DNA of 64,000 nt from sequence record OZ195934.1. One strand, 5' to 3'. The notes beneath the pieces were generated by a model. It saw nothing but the letters and a program-made list of their open reading frames with translations. It ran no database searches and was not told where the DNA came from. Of this stretch, positions 44,127-53,264 are shown piece by piece; position 1 is the stretch's first letter, and every line of letters begins with the position of its first letter. A program made the position numbers and the translations under genes.

Positions 44127-45457
44127 GTAGAATCACATTAGCAATTCCGATGGCTGGGATGGGTAGTCGAATGGGTGCGATATCAGAAATCGTACCGAAA
44201 GGTTTGATCAACTATCACAATCACACATTCTTGTATCACATTTATCGTTATTATGAAGACGCGTTCGACGAGTGTGTAGTTACCGTGAACTCGAAATTCA
44301 GACCGATGCTTGAGCAGTACGCAGAGAACTTCAATCTGACGCTGACTATAATCAATGATGATACGTATGACGGTAACTCGAACATTCTGCATCACTGTAA
44401 AGGCGATGTGATCTTGAACTGGTGCGATGTTGTCCCGGTTGACGTTGACGTTCGCGACTTGAAATCAGGCGTCACGGTGTTCACTAAAGACGGTACGGGT
44501 CGTTTCGTCTACGATAACGGGGTAACTGAAGTTTCAACTGACTCTGGTGATTTCTGTGGGATATACGCGATACGCGACTGTGAATATGACATCGTTAATG
44601 GTGATTTCGTAGATGTCATGATCGCGAATAACTTTGATGTTGATTTGCGCGAGTGTGATGTCGTTGATCTCGGAAGCTTTGATAAGCTTTCTTTGACGCA
44701 AGACACGCTACCGACTGCGAGATATTTCAATGAAATCACATACCACGACGGGGTGATTCGAAAGCGTGCAGTTGGCGACGAGCTTAGTCGATTCAAAATA
44801 TCTAGAGAGATTGAGGTATTAAAGGAAGGGCGCGTTGGTTACGTTGAATTGATTGATCATGATGATGATTCATATACCATGCCAGTCTTGTACGGAACGA
44901 TGCCGACTCGGCTAACACCGCCTATGATCAACAAGGGTGATGATGTCAGCGAAGATGATATTCGCGTCGAAATATCTGAGCGAGTTCTATCTAGAATCGA
45001 AAGCATCACTGAATATACGCACATTGATATTGATGAGCTGCGCGTTAAGTTGCATGAACTTGAATCGTATGTGATAGAAAATACTCATGCTTTCTATGAC
45101 ATACACGGTGATATGATTTGCGACAACGCGTTCGATACTGACAATGGGGTTGTGTTTATTGACCCGCGTGGTTACTTCGGTAATGGAACACGCGGGCCGA
45201 TTGAATATGACACGAGCAAGTTTCTATACAGTGTTAACGGTTACTTTGATTTCAATTACAACGTCATGTACGACGGTGATTTCGAGAAGTACGACAATCA
45301 CAGTGAAATGTCATTGCTTGAAGAAGCATGGGTCGCGACTCACTGGCTTGCATTGGCAGGATTCTTCAAGAACAACCCATCGAAAGCAATTGGTGCATAT
45401 CACATTGGTATGAACAAGTTGTGTCGTTTCATCGCGACTCTAAGCGCGTCTCGTTGA
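44123..45457 (+). CDS. Nucleotidyltransferase fused to an APH/choline-kinase-like domain
   Basis: IPMAGMGSRM...PKGL N-terminal NTase signature, WCDV, and C-terminal HGD...N...FIDPRGYFG kinase motifs. Confidence 0.85.
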   Translation: MSRITLAIPMAGMGSRMGAISEIVPKGLINYHNHTFLYHIYRYYEDAFDECVVTVNSKFRPMLEQYAENFNLTLTIINDDTYDGNSNILHHCKGDVILNWCDVVPVDVDVRDLKSGVTVFTKDGTGRFVYDNGVTEVSTDSGDFCGIYAIRDCEYDIVNGDFVDVMIANNFDVDLRECDVVDLGSFDKLSLTQDTLPTARYFNEITYHDGVIRKRAVGDELSRFKISREIEVLKEGRVGYVELIDHDDDSYTMPVLYGTMPTRLTPPMINKGDDVSEDDIRVEISERVLSRIESITEYTHIDIDELRVKLHELESYVIENTHAFYDIHGDMICDNAFDTDNGVVFIDPRGYFGNGTRGPIEYDTSKFLYSVNGYFDFNYNVMYDGDFEKYDNHSEMSLLEEAWVATHWLALAGFFKNNPSKAIGAYHIGMNKLCRFIATLSASR

Positions 45458-45972
45458 TTAACGTCGCGCTCAACTAGTATGCACTTCACACCTGCGCAGT
45501 TGTCTTCAACGTCGCGTATATTATCGATACGGTCATCAATGAAGTATTCAACGTTGTCTATTTCATTGATGTACTTTGACTTTGATTCATGAAACTCGAT
45601 GCTGATCAGCTCGTCAATTAGAGTCGGGAACAACGCATTTAAGTTGAATTGTCTATTGCACCATGCAGTGCGACTCCATCCGAACTTGGTAAGCGCGATT
45701 ATCTTGTGCGTCTTTGCTAATTCGGTAAGGCATTCTAAAGCATCTTCATACGCAGGCATGTATCTCGCGCTTGCGTGTTCAGTATAGGCGCCCATCAGCT
45801 TACCAATTTCACTATTCGATGCATTGACGAACATTTCACTTGCTCTAATGTCAGTCGGTATCAGTGACAAGTCGTTGAGCTTGTGTGCCATCCCGATATC
45901 ATTCATGAAAAACGGAAGATTCGATTTCCAATTCAAAAGTACCCCATCTACGTCAATTACTATCGTTTTCAT
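45400..45972 (-). CDS. HAD-superfamily phosphatase / nucleotidase
   Basis: IDVDGVL (DxD), ALT, SK, FIDD motifs I-IV. Confidence 0.9.
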   Translation of the reverse strand: MKTIVIDVDGVLLNWKSNLPFFMNDIGMAHKLNDLSLIPTDIRASEMFVNASNSEIGKLMGAYTEHASARYMPAYEDALECLTELAKTHKIIALTKFGWSRTAWCNRQFNLNALFPTLIDELISIEFHESKSKYINEIDNVEYFIDDRIDNIRDVEDNCAGVKCILVERDVNQRDALRVAMKRHNLFIPM

Positions 45973-45995
45973 TATAAATATCCATGTAAATAAAG

Positions 45996-46002
45996 TATTT
46001 AG
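45996..46002 (-). promoter_or_regulatory. Late-promoter candidate CTAAATA
   Basis: Reverse strand reads CTAAATA, 24 nt upstream of the HAD start codon. Confidence 0.5.
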
Positions 46003-46032
46003 AATTTTTTTTGATTTATTTTCATTTTGTTG

Positions 46033-46128
46033 TTGACAGATGTTGTAGAAAATGTAATTATGTATACATCAGCTCAACACTGAAACAACAAACAAAACAA
46101 ACAAAACAATCTTTAAAAGGAAGATAAC
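46033..46128 (+). promoter_or_regulatory. sigma70-type promoter with A-rich leader
   Basis: TTGACA 46033-46038, TAATTA near 46055, AAAAC repeats, AGGA RBS. Confidence 0.55.
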
Positions 46129-46314
46129 ATGAAAACATTAAAAACAATCTCTCTAGCAGTATTACTTACATTCGCATCAGCTTCAGCATTCGCAGGCGGC
46201 ACTATGGGTGGTAACCCTGGCTTCGAAATGTGTAAGATTGGCGCTATCAAATGTGGTGTACCGCTTAAAACTGAAACCCCGAAAGCTGACACTACTGAAG
46301 TTAAAACTAAGTAG
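46129..46314 (+). CDS. Small secreted peptide with a Cys pair
   Basis: Sec signal peptide ending AFA, mature GGTMGGNPGFEMCKIGAIKCGVP...; strong RBS. Confidence 0.7.
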   Translation: MKTLKTISLAVLLTFASASAFAGGTMGGNPGFEMCKIGAIKCGVPLKTETPKADTTEVKTK

Positions 46315-47420
46315 TGACTAGAATTCTGATAAACATGTCGCTTGCAAACATTGGTGATGCGCTAATATGCGCCAAATCTGCACTGAAGTTTGCAAGCACA
46401 TTACGAGAAAATCAGCAATCATTCAAGGTTGAACTATACTACAATAACTCACTATTTGAAAATCAAATGGTAGATGTGTTGCGCGGTCTAGTTGAACATC
46501 ACCATCTCCATACGTGTGTTGATGTCGTCACTGACTGTCAGCACTCGCCTGATATATACATCAGACCATCATTCGGTCACTGTCACACAGAAGTTGAAAA
46601 CACATTTACACAAGACACACGCACATTTGGCGCACAATTAGACGATTGTGAGCGTGATTATAATGTCGTGTACGACTTACGACTATTCTCCTTAATCCAC
46701 GCACCGCTGTGGGCGGCAGAGAATGAGCTATATCGTCGCGTCATGCGTGATGTGTTTGATATTGATAGTGACAGTCTATACTCGTTTGATACGTTCGGTG
46801 CACGCGTAGATCGTCAGAAGAAACATAATATTCTAGTTCATCTTAGTGAGCGCGGTTCGTCGCTTCGCATGGAGAATTCGAAGTTTGTCGATTTTATACG
46901 AGAGTACAGTAAGGTCGCAGACGAAATGCCACGCGTGACGTTTACGGTTCATAAAAACATTGACAATGTGCGTGCAGTCGCAGCCTCAATTGACAATGAT
47001 GTTGAATTGGTAGAAATGACGCTGTTCGACTTGTCTCGTCACATGCGCGATAATGTCGATCTCGTAATCACGAATTCGTGTGGTGTTCTCCACGTGGCAG
47101 GTGCATTCGGCGTGAAAACAGTCGAATTGTCGAACACGGATGATGTGTGGCACCCTATTCGTTGGCAACCACCATCATGCGCGAATAGCCATTTCTTGGT
47201 ATCCGCATTCCCGGGATGGGAGCGTAACATCAATTTCGAGCGTGCAGCCAATGGCGTAGTTACGTGGATGAGCGACGATTCGTGCTTGATGAGTCACATC
47301 AACAGCGGGATGCGTTTAACTCACGATACAATATGCAAGTCGTTATGTGACGAAGTAACAGTTCATGAGCGATGTGCATATACAATGACAATCGATGCCT
47401 TGTATAAAACGAAATTTTAA
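46314..47420 (+). CDS. GT9-like glycosyltransferase (heptosyltransferase fold)
   Basis: NIGDAL at the N-terminus and DLVITNSCGVLHVAGAFGVKTV...RWQP, matching the GT9 DSG..H.A.A motif. Confidence 0.8.
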   Translation: MTRILINMSLANIGDALICAKSALKFASTLRENQQSFKVELYYNNSLFENQMVDVLRGLVEHHHLHTCVDVVTDCQHSPDIYIRPSFGHCHTEVENTFTQDTRTFGAQLDDCERDYNVVYDLRLFSLIHAPLWAAENELYRRVMRDVFDIDSDSLYSFDTFGARVDRQKKHNILVHLSERGSSLRMENSKFVDFIREYSKVADEMPRVTFTVHKNIDNVRAVAASIDNDVELVEMTLFDLSRHMRDNVDLVITNSCGVLHVAGAFGVKTVELSNTDDVWHPIRWQPPSCANSHFLVSAFPGWERNINFERAANGVVTWMSDDSCLMSHINSGMRLTHDTICKSLCDEVTVHERCAYTMTIDALYKTKF

Positions 47421-47497
47421 GTTTAACATGCGCTCAATTCGTCATACACTGTAAATCTAGCAATACTGCTAACAATCGCATATTTGGGGAGTCCATC

Positions 47498-49057
47498 ATG
47501 CAAAAATTAAATAAAGTAACACAAGCAATCGGTCAAATTCAAAACATCGGAACAGGCACTAACTTCATTGGTGCGTCAACTAACATCGTAACGGCAGTTG
47601 ACAGTTATAAAGTCTCACACTGGTCACAATTCCCACGCGGTCTTGAGATCAGCCAATATTACGTCGAAAGCCGAGGCGGCAAGTTCGACAAGATTATGGT
47701 CGATGGTATTGCACGCATGTGTCGTATTCTCGAAAAGGGTGTTTCGAAAGGTGATGTAGCGTATGCGAAGCGATTGTTCAAGAAGCACTTTGGTTCTGAA
47801 GTGTTCAATGACAAGGGTTTTGATATCATCGTCAACGAACTGAACGGCAAACTGCCAATCAAGATTCGTGCGGTGAAAGAGGGCATCGTCGTGCCGACAA
47901 AACACCCAATCTTGACAGTTGAGAACACGGATTCACGTTTCGGCTGGTTACCCGGTTATCTTGAAACGTTCGTCTTGCGTGCTATCTGGTACCCGACTAC
48001 AGTAGCGACTATTTCGTTTGAAGTTAAGAAAATCATCCGCCAGTACATGAAGAAGACTGTAGATGATGAGCTTATCCCTCAACTCGAACCGTTTAAGCTT
48101 CACGACTTTGGAGCACGTGGTGTCTCTAGTGCAGAATCAGCAGCGATTGGCGGCTCTTCTCACTTGAAAAACTTTTTAGGCACTGACACGGTAGAAGCAC
48201 TGGTTGACGTTGAAGAGCTTTACGGCGATGATTTAGAAGATTTCATCGCGGGATTCTCTATCCCTGCACGTGAGCACTCAACAACAACAATCTACAAGAA
48301 AATGGGCGAAGACCTAGCGTTCTTGAACTCGATTGACCAATGGGGTGGCGGTCTATACGCTTGTGTAATGGATTCATACGATTACGAAGCAGCTATGGAA
48401 CGTGTATCAACTGGTCGATTCAAAGAACTGATCATCAGTAAAGGCGGAACGTTCATCGCTCGTCCTGACTCTGGTGTGCCAGTAGATGTAGTCATGAAAG
48501 GTCTAGAAATTCTCGGTAAGAACGTTGGCTACACAGTCAATAGCAAGGGCTACAAAGTGTTACACCCTAGCTACCGCATCATTCAAGGTGACGGTGTGAA
48601 TATCGAAGAGATTCGCAGAATCTTAGACTTCATGGAAGCTAAGGGCTGGTCTGCGGAAAACATTGCATTCGGCATGGGCGGTGGTTTGCTTCAGCAATCT
48701 GACCGTGATACTCAACGATTCGCAATGAAAATGTCAGCAGCAATCATCAACGGTGAATACGTTTCTGTGTTCAAGATGCCAAAGACTGACCCAAGCAAAG
48801 CTTCTAAAGCGGGATTCTTGGATCTTATCGCGGTAAAACCAGACGAGCCAAACCCAGCCGCACGCGGTTATGTTACTGTCTCGACTGAGAGCTATGAATC
48901 ACGCGTACACCCGAACAGTGTTATGGTGACTGTGTTTGAAGATGGTGAAACAGTTTACGACTTCTCACTTGCAGAAGCGCGCCACTTCTCTGACGAACAA
49001 GCGAACTTTCTTAACGAAGGCGAGTGGAAAATCAATAAAAAGCCATTAACGGCTTAA
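47498..49057 (+). CDS. nadV: Nicotinamide phosphoribosyltransferase
   Basis: DSYKVSH, HDFGARG, GTD, SIPAREHS, DSYD, RPDSG, QGDG, FGMGG.LLQ..RD. Confidence 0.96.
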   Translation: MQKLNKVTQAIGQIQNIGTGTNFIGASTNIVTAVDSYKVSHWSQFPRGLEISQYYVESRGGKFDKIMVDGIARMCRILEKGVSKGDVAYAKRLFKKHFGSEVFNDKGFDIIVNELNGKLPIKIRAVKEGIVVPTKHPILTVENTDSRFGWLPGYLETFVLRAIWYPTTVATISFEVKKIIRQYMKKTVDDELIPQLEPFKLHDFGARGVSSAESAAIGGSSHLKNFLGTDTVEALVDVEELYGDDLEDFIAGFSIPAREHSTTTIYKKMGEDLAFLNSIDQWGGGLYACVMDSYDYEAAMERVSTGRFKELIISKGGTFIARPDSGVPVDVVMKGLEILGKNVGYTVNSKGYKVLHPSYRIIQGDGVNIEEIRRILDFMEAKGWSAENIAFGMGGGLLQQSDRDTQRFAMKMSAAIINGEYVSVFKMPKTDPSKASKAGFLDLIAVKPDEPNPAARGYVTVSTESYESRVHPNSVMVTVFEDGETVYDFSLAEARHFSDEQANFLNEGEWKINKKPLTA

Positions 49058-49165
49058 AATGTGACGTAGATCACACAAAACAATGACAAAAGGGTTGCTT
49101 CGGCAACCCTTTTTGCGTATTATAGCTCTATCGAAACGAAACGACGAAAACAAAGAGAGAACATT
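49057..49165 (+). promoter_or_regulatory. CRP-like box plus fused terminator/promoter cassette
   Basis: AAATGTGACGTAGATCACACAA (TGTGA-N6-TCACA at 49060-49075); GGGTTGC-TTCG-GCAACCC-TTTTT; TTGCTT 49095-49100, 17 bp, TATTAT 49118-49123. Confidence 0.8.
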
Positions 49166-50057
49166 ATGCAACTAACTACTACAATGACTAAAGCGCAAAA
49201 ACTTAAAGTAATCGAAGGTTTCAACTTTGAACGTGCAACTGGTCAAAGTCAGTACAAATACCGCAACGGTACTTACATCATGGAAGGTGGTGATACTGCA
49301 CGTCGTCTTCAACTTGTTTCTACTCTAATCACTGGTAAGCCATGTGAGATTGCAGAAGCATCACTTGAGAACTTCGTAGATGTTGTATACATGCAAGCTA
49401 TGTGTGACACGTTCTTCAGCATGTACAATGATAAGTCTGGTCAAGATGAACTTGGTGCTAAAATTCTTGCGAAATTCGTAAAATAACGCTTGACTCGAAT
49501 CACCAAAAAGCCGATAATACTTGTACTGAAACGAAACACACAAAGAGAGAACATTATGACTAAGCTAACTATCAAGCAACGCACTCACGACTTCGACGGC
49601 GAAAAAGAAACTATCTTCACTGTAAATGGTTGTAACATCATCTATTGTGTGTTCACAAGCGATGGTCGCAATTGGGGTTATCAAGTTCGCTCGTTTGCAG
49701 GTGCTGATAACAACAAAATTGTTGCTACTGGTCGCAACTGGTCAGATGTCCGTTCAAAAGCGCGTAAGCTTGCACCTGAGCTTTACGCACAACACGCTGC
49801 ACATCACGGGTTGTAATATGTACGCAATAAAAGCTGTAAGTCATTACGTTCAATTCGTTCTCAAGACTGTGAGCGTAAGTGGCTTCCCAAAGTATACGCG
49901 AATGTATACGTTCAATTTAGCATTAATCACCACGTTCGCTACGCGTGAAGAGTGTCAGAAAATGATCGACGAGTACGATCCTAAACCTGACGCTTGCCTG
50001 CCGTGGCGAGTATACAAACTAGATGATCACGAAATCAAACAACTGGAGTTACACTAA
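49166..50057 (+). other. Three small hypothetical ORFs (49166-49486, 49556-49816, 49818-50057) with an internal promoter (TTGACT 49490, GATAAT 49513)
   Basis: GAGAACATT-ATG RBS pattern. Confidence 0.7.
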
Positions 50058-51334
50058 TGGGTTCATTCAATACAACATGCGCTATCACTCGTACACCAAT
50101 TCAAGAAGGCGCACTTGCACGTGTATTTTTCTTAGAAATGGACGCATGGGCGCTGAATAACAGCTATCGAAATGGTCTTATCGGCAACATCATGACTGGT
50201 TGTGGCTGTTACCCATGGGATAACTTCAAGATTCTCGGTTTACCTCTTCTCGGTAAGTACGATGACTACAATCGCTACGTATTTCAAGACTCTGCGACTG
50301 AACAACTGACGTTAGACGCGATTCGCGAACGCTACTTGCCGAATAAAATCGCCGAGGGCAAGACGATGGAAGACTACAACAGTTGTCATGATTACATGGA
50401 AATTTCGAACATTTCTGACATGCATGAACTGCAAGACATGGAACATTCAAGTGCATTGCGCATCAAGAGCGTGCATGGTTACCCAACGCACGTCGTTAAA
50501 ATGGCGATTCACGAAGAAGTGTACCAAATGATGCTTGAAGGTACGATGCGTGAGGGTTGGGGCGAAGACGCGAAGACGTACACGTTTGCAGACGAAGTAC
50601 AAGCGTGCCTCAAACAACACACTAACGTTGCGACGGGCTGGGATTCGCTGACAGAAGAGCAGAAAGATTACATCAATGCAGTACGTGACGGTATGTATGC
50701 GAAAGCAGATGCGGGTGAAATCAACGAGCGCACCGAAAAGCCGTATACTCGCGAAGCTACTGACATGCGTGTTGAGCGTCTTATCGAATCATTCGCTGAG
50801 GGACTTGATCTCGGTCTTCGTGAACGCACAGAATGGTTCGCCCGAATCGACTTGCGTCAGATGTTCCGTGATGTCGGTGAAGACGAAGAAGCGACCGATG
50901 CTGAACTTCTAGCACTCGCTGAAGCGTATATCGGTGCTAAGTGGTGCGCTCGTTGGATGCAATGCCACAATTACGAATTCGGTCCCGCGATGACTTGTGG
51001 TCAAGACTACGACACGTCATCACACTCAAGCCGTCTACGTAAGCTTGCAGACATCATTGAGAGCAAGAAAAGCGAATATCACTACGAAGAGGCAGTCGAA
51101 GTTAAAACTATTCGTAGCGTGCGTTCTGAGCTGTCAGTCGCTGAGATTAAACGTCGATTCACTGAATGGTACGATGAGTCTGATACAGAATACAAAGACA
51201 TGATTGCCATCGTTGACAAGTCAGTTGGTTCGCTTTACGTAGTCGGTGATGAAAGTGAATTCGATAAGTTCAACGAAACATATGGTGTTATTCGTGACTT
51301 CGTAAATGGCGACGAAATTTATATCGTCGAATAG
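50057..51334 (+). CDS. Large acidic hypothetical protein (MGSFNTTC N-terminus)
   Basis: 425-aa ORF coupled by TAATG. Confidence 0.8.
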   Translation: MGSFNTTCAITRTPIQEGALARVFFLEMDAWALNNSYRNGLIGNIMTGCGCYPWDNFKILGLPLLGKYDDYNRYVFQDSATEQLTLDAIRERYLPNKIAEGKTMEDYNSCHDYMEISNISDMHELQDMEHSSALRIKSVHGYPTHVVKMAIHEEVYQMMLEGTMREGWGEDAKTYTFADEVQACLKQHTNVATGWDSLTEEQKDYINAVRDGMYAKADAGEINERTEKPYTREATDMRVERLIESFAEGLDLGLRERTEWFARIDLRQMFRDVGEDEEATDAELLALAEAYIGAKWCARWMQCHNYEFGPAMTCGQDYDTSSHSSRLRKLADIIESKKSEYHYEEAVEVKTIRSVRSELSVAEIKRRFTEWYDESDTEYKDMIAIVDKSVGSLYVVGDESEFDKFNETYGVIRDFVNGDEIYIVE

Positions 51335-51345
51335 TAAAAAAGTTG

Positions 51346-51404
51346 TTGACAATGCCAGTGAGAAAGCCGATAATTCTCTCACTGGCTAACACAGAGAGAA
51401 AATT
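51346..51404 (+). promoter_or_regulatory. sigma70 promoter whose -10 box lies in the loop of a 10-bp inverted repeat
   Basis: TTGACA 51346-51351; GCCAGTGAGA (51354-51363) / TCTCACTGGC (51377-51386); GATAAT 51369-51374. Confidence 0.7.
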
Positions 51405-51673
51405 ATGAAAAATCAGATTGTTTTGACGATTCAGAATGCTTGGTGTCGCCGTCGTGCATATCGTGTGCTCTTCGAAAAGCCGACTTTCGGTGAGAAACGC
51501 AAAGCGCGTTGGGAAGAAGAATGCAAAGAATTTTGGTATGTCTTAGGTCGATTGAATGCAGAATTCGTTGACAATTGCCCTGAAGACTGCGAACTTGTTC
51601 TAACATGTGCGCGAGTACCACGCAATGCCACTCAAATGTATTACGTTCAATATCAGAAAAGGACAAGCAAATA

Positions 51674-52393
51674 ATGAAAAAACTACTTACAGCAGCAACA
51701 CTAATCGGTTCACTATTCCTAGTTGGTTGTAACGAAACAACTGACAACACAGACAACGATCTGTTACTGAATGCATTGCCTGCAATGTCGAAAACTGAAA
51801 AAGATATGCTTGATCATTTGACTCAATCAGCATACTTGAGCTATCACAACGATACGTATGCAGAGATTATTCGCACTCGTATCACATTCGGTCGCGACGT
51901 TACAGCACGTCCCGATGAACTTGTACCGTTCTGTGATGTAATTGGTACTGTGAACGCTGACGAGAAATCTCGTGATGTTGTGGGTCGTCACTTTACTCTG
52001 AATTCTCAGTGGTTCGAGAAATACGGTATCACTCTGACTACACAGTGTAATCAAATTCAATACGACAAAGAACAGATTGAACAAGCGCGTCAACGCATGG
52101 TCGAACAAGCAAAAGCTGACGAACTTGAAGTATCAAACTCAGTTGTTTCGAAAGAAGCAGTACGAGTTGAGAAGATTCTAGAAGACACAGTGATCATCAA
52201 AGATGAAGCTGTATTGTCACCTGAATTGGTACGTGAGCTGCGTCAATCAGTTACTGACTGTAATCGCGCTAAAATCAAACTAATCGGCATCGTTGATTCT
52301 GGTGAGACTTTGACAACTACACACTACGATGACGTGCAAAGTCTTGTACTACAGTGTGAAATGCATCAACTTGAAGTTGAATTGAACAAATAA
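51674..52393 (+). CDS. Predicted lipoprotein, paralog of 35051-35740
   Basis: Lipobox LVGC; PFCDVI; ends QCEMHQLEVELNK. Confidence 0.8.
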   Translation: MKKLLTAATLIGSLFLVGCNETTDNTDNDLLLNALPAMSKTEKDMLDHLTQSAYLSYHNDTYAEIIRTRITFGRDVTARPDELVPFCDVIGTVNADEKSRDVVGRHFTLNSQWFEKYGITLTTQCNQIQYDKEQIEQARQRMVEQAKADELEVSNSVVSKEAVRVEKILEDTVIIKDEAVLSPELVRELRQSVTDCNRAKIKLIGIVDSGETLTTTHYDDVQSLVLQCEMHQLEVELNK

Positions 52394-52402
52394 GGGAATA
52401 TC

Positions 52403-52822
52403 ATGAAATACTTAATCGCAATCGTACTGTTAACAATGTCTAGCTTCTCTTTCGCAAGCGATTGGACGGTAACAAATGGCGTTGCTTCTACGAAAGAAAT
52501 TTCATCTTCTGGTATCAATGCCGTAATGGAAGTCAGTAATCAAAATGGGGCGCAGTTGATATTCGATAGCGTGTCATGTACATTCACTAATGAACGTCGC
52601 GAGTTTCTAGACTTCCGCAATCTCAACGTGCAAATGGATGACCTAGAGCCTGTAAAAATCCTCGGTCAGCTTTATTGTAAAGCACCCGGTAAAGCGATGT
52701 ACGAAATTGAGCCTAGTCAATTGACGATGTTTCTCGGGATGTTCAAAGTAGGATCTACTGTCACATTCGGTGATGTTCAGTTCAGCGCAATGGGATTCAC
52801 TAAAGCATTGAATCAACTTTAA
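52403..52822 (+). CDS. Secreted hypothetical protein
   Basis: Sec signal peptide MKYLIAIVLLTMSSFSFA. Confidence 0.75.
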   Translation: MKYLIAIVLLTMSSFSFASDWTVTNGVASTKEISSSGINAVMEVSNQNGAQLIFDSVSCTFTNERREFLDFRNLNVQMDDLEPVKILGQLYCKAPGKAMYEIEPSQLTMFLGMFKVGSTVTFGDVQFSAMGFTKALNQL

Positions 52823-52938
52823 GTGACTTGAGTCACAAAAAAGCCCCTTAATCGGGGCTTTTTTAGGTTTGTGGTTGCACGACACACCAAGAACGCGTAC
52901 TATTACTCCATCGAAACGACGAAGACAAAGAGAACATT
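52820..52938 (+). promoter_or_regulatory. Palindrome/CRP-like box, terminator and promoter (duplicate of the 13141 element)
   Basis: GTGACTTGAGTCAC, AAAGCCCC-TTAATC-GGGGCTTTTTT, TTGCAC 52875-52880, TACTAT 52898-52903. Confidence 0.8.
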
Positions 52939-53229
52939 ATGAACATTGACATTTCAACATTCGCTATCTACACGCCAGACGAAATCATTTTGAACTACCG
53001 TGACAAAGAAGTTCGCAACTTCATGGTAGTCGTTGAATCACCAGAGGGTATGCGCCTGACACTTGACACTGGTTTCGGTGACGACTGCGAAGCTGCCAAT
53101 CGCACTGCTAAGAAGATTCGTGAAAAGAACATCATCAATCTACAACATTGGAGCGGTTGGTTTGCAGTTTACGGTTCAAATGCGTGGCAAGGTATTGGCA
53201 AAAAAGTTGAAGACTACGAAATCAAATAA
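52939..53229 (+). CDS. Hypothetical early protein
   Basis: First ORF after the cassette. Confidence 0.7.
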   Translation: MNIDISTFAIYTPDEIILNYRDKEVRNFMVVVESPEGMRLTLDTGFGDDCEAANRTAKKIREKNIINLQHWSGWFAVYGSNAWQGIGKKVEDYEIK

Positions 53230-53236
53230 CAGACAC

Positions 53237-53263
53237 AAAAAAGGGAGCTATATGCTCCCTTTT
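53237..53263. terminator. Bidirectional terminator between convergent genes
   Basis: AAAAAAGGGAGC-TATAT-GCTCCCTTTT. Confidence 0.85.
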
Positions 53264-53264
53264 G

